A DNA stretch of 54,402 bases from Chiloscyllium plagiosum. Lineage: Eukaryota. The position numbers were made by a program, and so were the translations under genes. Under the pieces are notes generated by a model, which worked only from the letters and a program-made list of their open reading frames with translations, made no database searches and was not told where the DNA came from. Positions within the stretch are counted from its first letter, which is position 1, and every line of letters begins with the position of its first letter. The stretch is taken from contig NC_057720.1 in NCBI RefSeq assembly GCF_004010195.1, forward strand, positions 21,549,882 through 21,604,283, given 5' to 3'. Below are positions 27,174 to 36,850 of this stretch, piece after piece.

Positions 27174-27657
27174 TGTAAATATATGGCTTGGTGCGAGGCA
27201 TTCGGAAGCCTTTGATGATATATCTGTTTCGCACGCGAGGAGGTCACGTGGTGCTCTGTTTCGCGCGCAAGAGAAGGTCACGTGGTGCTCTGTTTCACGG
27301 GCAGAATGAGGTCACATGGGGTCAGACATCCGGGAATGCAAGAAGGCGGAGAATGGAGTCAGATCAACAGCCAATCAGAAGACAATCCCACCTCAGTGAT
27401 TGCATGACATTTTGTATTGTATAAAAGACTGGGTCAGGGACAGGAATAGTTCGGACTTTGTGAACTGACACACTTTACTGTTTGTCAGGGACAGGAAGAC
27501 CTAGACCCAGAGCTCTGTATACTTTATCCACTTACTGCTAAAATAAACTGAGAGTTTGAGACCGAATATCTTCTCCTATTGCTTCATTGAAAGAACACAC
27601 AGGACTCGGCTCACACATAGAGGAAAGTAAGCTGGTAGATTGAGCCAAAGTCCGACA
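27174..27657 (+). repeat. 5' LTR
   Basis: TGTAAAT...CCGACA, a direct repeat of 36078-36561. CCAAT at 27371, TATAAAA at 27420, AATAAA at 27542. Confidence 0.97.
27223..27426 (+). promoter_or_regulatory. U3 enhancer repeats plus CCAAT/TATA promoter
   Basis: Three ~33-bp repeats TCTGTTTCGCGCGC..AGGTCACGTGGTGC starting at 27223, 27255 and 27289, then AGCCAATCAG and TATAAAA. Confidence 0.8.
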
Positions 27658-27660
27658 ATT

Positions 27661-27678
27661 TGGTGACCCCGACGTGAT
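27661..27678 (+). other. Primer binding site, tRNA-Trp
   Basis: TGGTGACCCCGACGTGAT is complementary to the 3' 18 nt of vertebrate tRNA-Trp and is the same sequence as the ASLV/RSV PBS. Confidence 0.92.
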
Positions 27679-27881
27679 GAAAACGGAGAAGTGACGGAAA
27701 AAAGAGACAAAAATAGAAACAACGGACGACTGACGTCTGATGACAACAACAAGCAGCGCCGCATAAAAAGGCTAGCAGACACCTGTTTATATCGAAGTTC
27801 TGCAATTGGAGATACCAAATTGATTGTTGTCATTATACTGCAAGTGTCTTAGTAATAGTAAGTGGATAAAGTATTGATATA

Positions 27882-28045
27882 GTACGTACGGGATTAAAGT
27901 CCCATGGGGTTACAGTCCCCATAAAAGCAACAGTTTGATACGTACAGGTTTAAAGTCCCGTGGGGTTAGAGTCCCCATAAAAGCAACAAGGTATGTAAGT
28001 GTGAGGAGGTTTAAAGTCCATTGAGGAGGATCTCATAAAAGCAAC
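27882..28045 (+). repeat. Three ~55-bp leader repeats with hairpins (candidate packaging/dimerisation signal)
   Basis: Unit (TACGTAC)RGGWTTAAAGTCC-hairpin-TAAAAGCAAC occurs three times. Confidence 0.75.
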
Positions 28046-28360
28046 GCTCACAAATTTTGGTTTATGATTGATGTGTGGTAAGTTTTAAAATTATATTGGG
28101 GAATGTATGGAGGGTGGCAGAAAAGCCAGTGGTGTCTCGAAGACAAAGACGGTGGTGTCTCAGCGAGAGAGAGTCGGCAGTGGAAACCTAACGGTGACAA
28201 CGAAACTGCTGATAAATCTCGCTGAAAGGGTCAGTTGCTCGGGTGTCCTCCATACAAACTGACTGGCCACCGGATTTGTCTCAGATTGGGTTGGTTGTTC
28301 GGTTATATTACATCCAAACCAACTGACTACTGGACGGGAGGATTAAAAAAAATACATAAA

Positions 28361-30507
28361 ATGGAAGGGGAATTTGATAGAGAGTCTGAAGAATACGGAG
28401 GATGTTCTTCCAACTTAATGTTGCCCGTAAAACATCAGTGGGGTAAAGCCAGAAGTCAGTTAGTCAGTGGGCTCGCAAAGAACAAACAAAAAATAATGAT
28501 GGAGAAATATGACAAGGTTTGGGAAGAATTACAAAAACAGGGCAAAGTCCCTAAAGATGAGGAGAGGAAGAAATTGTCATCATATTTAGGAAAAGCAGAA
28601 GAGCAAGCTAAACTAGAAGTAGAAGAGCACATGAAGGGAAAGAAAGGGTCAATATTGCTTAGAAAAAGGTGGTTGAAAGAAGGTGAGGAGAAAGAAGAGA
28701 GGAGGATTCATCTGCACAACATGACATTGGCCTGAGTATCGGTAGAGATATCTCAAAAGAAAGTAGACGGTCCCTCTAAAACAGAACAGGCAAAAGAGAC
28801 AGAAAAGCCAAAAGCATCAGCACCATTATATCCTAAATTGCCTGGGGTACAAGCACCGCCCCCATATCCTGTAACACAAATGCCACTCATGTATGTTCAA
28901 GAAGGGGTATTAGATGTGCAAGAAGTAGGAACAAGAAAGTACAACGTAGCAAAAGAGAGACTGGCGGAAGTAGAAGAAGAAAGCATCAGAAAAGTAGAAA
29001 AACTAAGACTAGAAGCCGAACAGACAGTTAAGGAAGCGGAGGAAGCAAGCAGGGTGATAATGACACACAGCAGAAACAAAGAACAGCCAAAACAGGGGAG
29101 ACATTCATCGGTGGAAGAGACAGATGCTCACTCGACACCGTATAGTGTTGAGAGCGAAAGGAGGGGAAGATTACATAGCTCAGGTCAGTTACTAGATGAC
29201 AGGTTCTTAGACAGAAGAAGGAGAGATTTGAGGGAAAAAGAGACAGAGAGAAATTGGATGGCGAGGAGTCTCAAAATAGTACGGACATTGAGGACGAAGA
29301 ATCCCTGACAGAGGATGACCCACACACCTACCCGTCACTTTGACAGGCTCACTCACAATGCATACTGAACACGGCCCTCCACAGAAGCCCCTATCTGAAA
29401 CAAGTTATAACCTGCGTCAAAGAGACACATTACGACAAACCACAAAGTATCAGCACCACCAAATGCCATTAATTTACAGAGGCTCCTTTATGGGGGATGT
29501 TTATCAGCCCTTCACATTTACTGACATGAACTGCATCCTGGATAAAATTCCCCCACCCACGGAGGGAGGTGGGCCCTGGATGACTTAATTTTGCCAATAT
29601 ACACTAGGCCACAAGTTAGCTATGGGCGATTGGAGAGCATTGTTGGGCAAGCAGTTGAGTATGTGGGAAATACAGCAGATTGAAGCTTCTGCGGGGACCA
29701 CCTCACTACCTGATTCAGACCCGTTCACGCAGCATGCCACCTGTGTGGGAAGGGCAATGAGGGATAGATTTCCGATTCCACCAGGAGCGATGCACTCACT
29801 CACCTTCACAATGAAGGAGGGTGAGGATATGCCTGCCTTTTTTGCTAGATGTAAGGGCACATGGACAGATACTGCGGGTCGGGTCAGCTACAGACCACTT
29901 TATTTAGAAATACCGTTATGGCAGGGATGCCTAAGGAAGTAAAAGAGGCAATGGAGAGTAATCCCGACATCCCAGGTTGTTCTACAGAACAGTGGGAAAA
30001 ACACATGAAGCGCCACAGGACAAAACAGGATGAAGATAAACAGAGCAACAAGTCAGCTCAAGTGCAGTTGCTGAAGTTATAGCTCGATGAGGCTAGGAGG
30101 AAAGCTAATGATACAAAGAAGGCCTCCCAAAAGACAACTAATCAGATGGTTCAGCAGCCGTCGCCACAAAACAACCTCCTGAGTCTAGATCCAACACCTG
30201 ATTGGATGCCACACCACCCCCACTATGGGGGCAGGCCTATAGGCGTAGCAGGAGGAATGTGTGGTAGAGGAAGGGGCCGCGGAGGACTCAGAGGTCAGCC
30301 ATCTAACACCTGTTTTGAATGTGGCCAACCCGGGCATTGGAGAAGAAATTGTCCCATGCTGTGGGGACCCCAGGGAGGCCAGGGTTCGATCCAAGGACAA
30401 TATGTCTGCTCAAGGACAGCCTCCTTATCAACAGGCTGTCCAGCCTTACCAAGCCCCAAATGCAGTACCCCCAAACCATGCTGGAAGGGCAGGGGTACGA
30501 ATATTGA
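28361..30507 (+). pseudogene. gag: ERV gag (disrupted)
   Basis: ATG at 28361. Late motifs LYPKL (28826) and PPPY (28856), a capsid-like region at about 29460-30100, and one zinc knuckle CFECGQPGHWRRNC (~30311). Premature stops at 28733, 29586 and 30080 plus several frameshifts. Ends ..GQGYEY-TGA. Confidence 0.9.
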
Positions 30508-33500
30508 TGGGGACCAAAGACTCAGGGACATGCGGGGTTGGCAGACCCCTACATGCAAATGAGGGTAATGGACAAGAACCTGTCTTTTTTGGTTGACACG
30601 ATTTTCCACCATTACTTGTGACATCCCTCGGTCAAACATGTCATCCTCCAGCGTCCAGTTAGTAAGGTTCTCGGGTAAACCAGAAAATCTGCCTTTGACA
30701 TCGCCACTGATCACATCAGTGGCTGGACAGGCCTTCAGTCACCGGTATATTTCATCACCTGCATGCCCTGTCAATCTGATGGGCCGCGACTTGCTGGTGA
30801 GATGCGGGGCCTTGGTTCTGTGCGGACCAGACGGACTGGTAGTGACCTTTCCGAATGGCTACTCTGTCAACTGTTCCATGACAATGATTCACTCTGGATC
30901 CCAAATGATGCTATCAGCGGACACATCACCAACGGCAGAAGGGCAGTGGACAGATATATACTGGAGACTCCTAGAACCCGAAAGCAGACAGAACAACAGC
31001 ATACAGTCCTTATACAACCAATGGCGACCCTGGGTTCAGATGCTGCATCCCTATGCTCCTCCTGCAGATCCCCTCCATGTTACCCTATATTATGATAGAG
31101 ATGACAATGAAATCTATTCGCATGCATTCTATCAGCACCTAGAAGGGACTCAAAGGGATATCTCCTCCAGTTGCATTCTGCTAGGGAAAGAAGGTGTGGC
31201 GGGTGTTGTTGAACGAACTAGTTGGAATTGTATGAGATGTCTGAAGAAGCTATACCTCATGTCACATTGGCCATGCATGCTGAACATCAGGCCAAGGATC
31301 TGGGACCTAGGTCCAAACGTTTGATGGCGCTAACTGATTGGGTTTGGACTCAGCTACCCGGTTTACAATATTCACCATCAGAGGAAACCTACAGAATTAT
31401 GTACAGGACAACTGACAAGGTACTGCTGGAACATAGGCAGATTGAAAGGTTTCACGGCAGGGAAAAAACAGACCATCTACAGGTTGCAGCGATGCTTGAC
31501 ACTCTACCAGATACCTTGTGGTCAGCAGGTCCAACGGACCTTGGTCACTGCAAACATGTCACACCAATCACATTCGATTTAATAGACCACACTCCGATTT
31601 GGCAGAGACAATACTCACACAAACCAGAGGCTGAAGCTGGCATTGCCGACACAATTGAAGGAGTGTTAGCAGCAGGGGTGTTAGAACCCTCCCAGTCACC
31701 CTGGAACACTCCTATCTTACCTGTAGAGAAGCAGGATACAGGTAGATATCGGATGGCGCATGATCTTAGACGGATCAATAGTGTTGTCTCTACTCCAACA
31801 GTTCCAGTTCCAAACCCTTACACTGCGATGTCTGTGCTGACCCCTGACCATAAGTGGTTCTCGTGCATTGATCTGGCCAACGCGTTCTTCTGTTTGTCCC
31901 TAGTTGATCATTTGAGGGACATTTTCTCATTTACCTACAAAGGCCAACAACTACGTTACACAAGGGTCCCTCAAGGGTTCATTTTGTCACCAGATATTTT
32001 TAATCAGGTACTAAAATGGCAGCCGAAGGACCTTACACTCCCAAAGGGGGTGATACTGATCCAGTATGTGGATGACGTTCTTCTGGCGACACCCGACCAT
32101 GTTTCTTGTCTGGCAGCCACAAAGTCGTTGCTGATTCACCTGTATAATGTCAGTTTCAAAGTCTCACGGGCTAAATTGCAATGCTGCAGACAAACGGTGT
32201 CTTTTCTGGGTAGAGTTATTTCCGCTAAAGGAACAGGTGTGTCTCCGTCCCACAGATCCTCCATTCTGCATCATACCAAACCAGTCACTGTAAAAGACAT
32301 GCTCTCATTTCTTGCGTTGGCAGGATACAGCAGACAATTCGTTGCATCATATGGGGAGCTCACTTTCCCTCTGAGGGCCATGGTAAATGAGCAAGGCATG
32401 CGAAATTTGTCGGCCCATTTGCATTGGACCACGGAGGCAGATGAAAGTTTCATATCTCTCAAACAGGCCCTCACGCGGGATGCTGATTTAGCGGTCCCGG
32501 ATTACAAAGAGCCATTTTTCCTGGATATTTCTGAAAAATTACACACAATAAATGGTGTTCTTTTTCAGAAAAAAGGGGGAGGCAGGCAGGTACTGATGTA
32601 TGTAAGTGTTACCCTTGACTCAACAGAAGACAGACACCCGCCATGTACAAGACATGCAGCAGGGGTAGCAAAAATTCTCCAAAAGGTAGCACATATAGTC
32701 ATTGGCCATTCACTAACGGTACTGACGACACACGGTATAGTGGCTGATGTGAACTCAACAGCCTTTACAATGACGTCACTGCGGCAAACCAGATTAGAGA
32801 AAATCCTGAATGCACCACATATAACTTTCACACATGAAGTCAATGGATCAGAGCAGGATTCTTAACAGCAGCAAAAACCCCAATTAAACATGAAAAAGAT
32901 ATGAAAAGATTAGCAGAGGCCCTAATGAAACCTGAAGAAGTGGCGGTGGTCAAGTGTAGAGGACATGATAAAGCAGATACAGTAGTAGCGAAGGGCAATC
33001 AGGAAGCAGACTCAGCAGCAAAGAAAGCAGCAGGGTATACAGCACAGTACATGATGATGCAAACAGAGAAAACAGTGTATGATCTGCCTCCCACCTGTGA
33101 TGCAAATATGTTAATAAATGAGCAGCAGAAAGCCTCTCCTCATGACCTGACAGTATGGAGAGAGAGAGGGGCCACAGAGTCAGAAGGGATTTGGAGGTCA
33201 CCGGACGGTAGACCAGTCCTACCCCCAGGTTTGATAGCTTCCATGCTCCAGGAAGCTCATGGGTTGACACACTGTGGAAAAACACAGATGCAGAGGTATC
33301 TGACACATTGGTGGCATCCGTTCTTGCCAGCAATGATTGAAAATTACATCAGAGAATGTAGAACGTGTACAGAATACAATGTGAGAGCAACAGTGAAACC
33401 ACACGAGGGAAAATTCCCTCTTCCAAGAATGCCAGGTCAGAAAATAGTGATTGACTACACTGACATGATAGAGAGAGTAAACGGATACCTGTACCTTTTG

Positions 33501-33763
33501 GTAGCAGTGGATGCATACACTGGTTGGCCAGGAGCGATACCTGCGAAAAAGGAAGATGCAAAAACAGTGATTAAATTCTTGATAAACCAATACATTCCAA
33601 TGCATGGGTTTCCAAAGAGAGTCAGGTCAGATAATGGCACACATTTTAAGAACAAAGACCTGCAAGATGTTGAAGCAGCTTTAGGACTGAAACATGCGTT
33701 TGGAACAGTGTACCATCCTCAGTCACGGGGAAAAGTGGAAAGAATGAATCAGTCCATAAAAGG
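30508..33763 (+). pseudogene. pol: ERV pro-pol (protease, 2H-like insert, RT, tether, partly deleted RNase H, integrase); runs into the gap
   Basis: In frame after the gag TGA: ..LSFLVDT (30600), then frameshift, NLMGRDLL. RT motifs CIDLANAFF, RVPQGF and QYVDD (32062-32076). RNase H C-terminus VKCRGH..GNQEAD. Integrase HGLTH..CRTC, IDYTD, SDNG, VERMN. Confidence 0.95.
30940..31430 (+). other. Putative 2H phosphoesterase domain inserted between protease and RT
   Basis: Two hydrophobic-HxT-hydrophobic motifs: PLHVTLYYD (His 31076) and IPHVTLAMH..AKDLG (His 31258), split by a frameshift at about 31220. Confidence 0.7.
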
Positions 33764-34681
33764 NNNNNNNNNNNNNNNNNNNNNNNNNNNNNNNNNNNNN
33801 NNNNNNNNNNNNNNNNNNNNNNNNNNNNNNNNNNNNNNNNNNNNNNNNNNNNNNNNNNNNNNNNNNNNNNNNNNNNNNNNNNNNNNNNNNNNNNNNNNNN
33901 NNNNNNNNNNNNNNNNNNNNNNNNNNNNNNNNNNNNNNNNNNNNNNNNNNNNNNNNNNNNNNNNNNNNNNNNNNNNNNNNNNNNNNNNNNNNNNNNNNNN
34001 NNNNNNNNNNNNNNNNNNNNNNNNNNNNNNNNNNNNNNNNNNNNNNNNNNNNNNNNNNNNNNNNNNNNNNNNNNNNNNNNNNNNNNNNNNNNNNNNNNNN
34101 NNNNNNNNNNNNNNNNNNNNNNNNNNNNNNNNNNNNNNNNNNNNNNNNNNNNNNNNNNNNNNNNNNNNNNNNNNNNNNNNNNNNNNNNNNNNNNNNNNNN
34201 NNNNNNNNNNNNNNNNNNNNNNNNNNNNNNNNNNNNNNNNNNNNNNNNNNNNNNNNNNNNNNNNNNNNNNNNNNNNNNNNNNNNNNNNNNNNNNNNNNNN
34301 NNNNNNNNNNNNNNNNNNNNNNNNNNNNNNNNNNNNNNNNNNNNNNNNNNNNNNNNNNNNNNNNNNNNNNNNNNNNNNNNNNNNNNNNNNNNNNNNNNNN
34401 NNNNNNNNNNNNNNNNNNNNNNNNNNNNNNNNNNNNNNNNNNNNNNNNNNNNNNNNNNNNNNNNNNNNNNNNNNNNNNNNNNNNNNNNNNNNNNNNNNNN
34501 NNNNNNNNNNNNNNNNNNNNNNNNNNNNNNNNNNNNNNNNNNNNNNNNNNNNNNNNNNNNNNNNNNNNNNNNNNNNNNNNNNNNNNNNNNNNNNNNNNNN
34601 NNNNNNNNNNNNNNNNNNNNNNNNNNNNNNNNNNNNNNNNNNNNNNNNNNNNNNNNNNNNNNNNNNNNNNNNNNNNNNNNN

Positions 34682-36006
34682 GAAAACACAACAAGTATGG
34701 TGGTAGAATCAAGTTCAGGAGTTGTGGTAATAGACTACAACAACCTCACGAGAAGGGACATTATTAAATTAGCCACCGGGTACGGGGATAAGAACCTATG
34801 GCTGGACTGGATGACAGCGACCGCAACCTTAATGAATATGAGTAATTGCGTTGCGTATTCCTCGGCCAGGCCAACCTTATTTACTATCCCAGCCCCATTG
34901 TTCCCTAATATAGACCCAGCAGGATTTCACTGCATGATGGCACTCACCATGCAGGCGGACCCTCCAAATTGTACCATCTTAAGTGCTATTTCCCACCTGC
35001 AAAGAATTCCACGTTACCTCCAGTGTTTACCCCAAGGGCCAACAATTACACTTGTTTCGCTCGAAGTTCTAATACAATCTTAGGAGACATGCCCGCTGAC
35101 TGGTGTCAGGACACGATTGATGTAACCGGCTGGCAGAATGCTAGCACAATGGTTTGGGCCAGAGCTGATCATTTTTGGTATTGTGGAGATAGAACACTGT
35201 ATGTTAGTCTACCTCCAGATTGGTCTGGAACCTGTGCAATGGTCAGGCTAGGGTTACCCTTATTCCTCTTCAGAGAACGACAACAGGGAATAAATCCGCA
35301 TGCATGAAAATGCAGGGATTTGTTTGATGTCACTTGTGGCTCAACCACTTACATAGATGCAATAGGTGTTCCCCACGGTGTACCTGATGAATATAAATTG
35401 GCAGACCAGGTAGCAGCAGGATTTGAGAATCTCCCAATTATTGGTGTTCTATTCCCAGTCACGCCGAATAAAAATGTCGACCAAATTAACTATGTACATT
35501 ACAATGTACTTAGGCTAGCCAATAGAACTAGAGACGCGGTGGCGGGACTCTCTGAACAACTGGCAGCGACGTCATTGATGACAGTACAAAATAGAATGGC
35601 CTTAGATATGTTGTTAGCAGAAAAGGGGGGAATGTGCTCTATGTTTGGAGATCAATGTTGTTTGTTCATCCCCAACAATGCAGCACCTGATGGCTCGGTA
35701 ACCAGAGCCGTGGAAGGACTAAGAACATTGTCTGAAGAAATGCATGAACATTCAGGTATTGACAACCCTCTAGGAGGCATTTTCGACTCATGGTTTGGGA
35801 AATGGAAAGGATTGATTGTGTCTGTGTTTATGTCCCTCGTTGGTATGATGACTGCGTTAGTGTTGTGTGGATGTTGTTGTATCCCCTGTATTAGATCTTT
35901 GTTGAACAGGGTAATCATCACAGCAATTGAAGGGAAGGCTCCCCCGCCCTACCAGATGTCACAGATAGAGACGGAAACCATGGCTCTGGCAGGACGGGAA
36001 GACTAG
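34682..36006 (+). pseudogene. env: ERV env (gamma-type; 5' end lies in the gap)
   Basis: Decayed CxxC (CVAY), frameshift at about 34990, decayed furin site TGA-AAA-TGC-AGG (likely R-K-R-R), YIDAIGVP.GVPDEYK, ISD QNRMALDMLLAEKGG, CX6CC (CSMFGDQCC), TM helix and a Cys-rich tail. Stop at 36004-36006. Confidence 0.93.
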
Positions 36007-36065
36007 GTATCGGAGAGCGAATGTAATGTATAAAACTGGTTTGTTGGTCTCATTTTCATGAGACC

Positions 36066-36076
36066 AAAAGGGGGAG
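36066..36076 (+). other. Polypurine tract
   Basis: AAAAGGGGGAG immediately before the 3' LTR. Confidence 0.9.
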
Positions 36077-36077
36077 T

Positions 36078-36561
36078 TGTAAATATATGGCTTGGTGCGA
36101 GGCAATCGGAAGCCTTTGATGATGTATCTGTTTCGCGCGCGAGGAGGTCACCTGGTGCTCTGTTTCGCGCGCAAGAGGAGATCATGTGGTGCTCTGTTTT
36201 GCGGGCAGAAGGAGGTTACATGGGGTCGGACATCTGGGAATTCGAGAAGGCGGAGAATGGAGTCAGATCAACAGCCAATCAGAAGACAATCCCACCTCAG
36301 TGATTGCATGACGTTTTGTATTGTATAAAAGATTGGGTCAGGGATAGGAATAGGTCGGACTTTGTGAACTGACACACTTTGCTGTTTGTCAGGGACGGGA
36401 AGACCTAGACCCAGAGCTCTGTATACTTTATCCACTTACTGCTAAAATAAACTAAGAGTTTGAGACCGAATATCTTCTCCTATTGTTTCATTGAAAGAAC
36501 ACACAGGACTCGGCTCACACATAGAGGAAAGTAAGCTGGTAGATTGAGCCAAAGTCCGACA
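36078..36561 (+). repeat. 3' LTR
   Basis: 484 bp, same length as the 5' LTR, about 23 substitutions by manual alignment. Followed by the TSD TGAC. Confidence 0.97.
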
Positions 36562-36850
36562 TGACCATAATTCCAAACTAAACTAGTCCCATCTACTTGC
36601 ACTTAGCCCATATCCCTCCAAATATTTCTTATTCATGTACTTATCTACATGTCCTTTAAGTGTTTTAACTGTGTACGTATCCAGCACTTCCTCTGAAAGT
36701 TCATTTCACACACTTTATAATAAATTGCCCCTTATGTCTCTTTCTCCTCTCACATTAAAAATATGCACCCTGGGGTTGAAATTCTCCACCCTAGAAAAAA
36801 GACACCGTCCCTATACCCCTCACGATTTTCTTAACTTCTGCAAGATTACC
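36562..36850 (-). mobile_element. Continuation of the CR1/HER1 LINE 3' fragment split by the ERV
   Basis: CCCATATCCCTCCAAA..TTATTCATGTACTTATC.. is colinear with the other minus-strand HER1 3' ends (44450, 51421). Confidence 0.85.

Larger units (their letters stand above)
27174..36561 (+). mobile_element. Full-length defective endogenous retrovirus, class I (gamma/epsilon-like, fish type): LTR-gag-pro/2H/RT/RH/IN-env-LTR
   Basis: Paired 484-bp TG...CA LTRs, TSD TGAC (27170-27173 and 36562-36565), PBS, PPT, CCHC knuckle, YVDD RT, DDE integrase, env with ISD and CX6CC. Confidence 0.97.

Noticed and set aside
27188..27424. 78-aa ORF open in both LTRs
   Set aside because: TTG start upstream of the TATA box, over GC-rich repeats; expected by chance.
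27882..28045. Repeat-spacer pattern superficially like a CRISPR array
   Set aside because: Eukaryotic retroviral leader, only three degenerate units, no unique spacers and no cas genes.
28235..28360. In-frame upstream extension of gag (glyco-Gag-like)
   Set aside because: Only about 45 codons to an upstream TGA, and no convincing signal-anchor segment.
32901..34712. Long ORFs of 329-601 aa across 33764-34681
   Set aside because: Their length is an artefact of translating Ns.
36058..36303. 81-aa ATG ORF running from the PPT into U3 (nef/sag-like position)
   Set aside because: The same frame has a TGA in the 5' LTR, it translates enhancer repeats, and no motif is recognisable.
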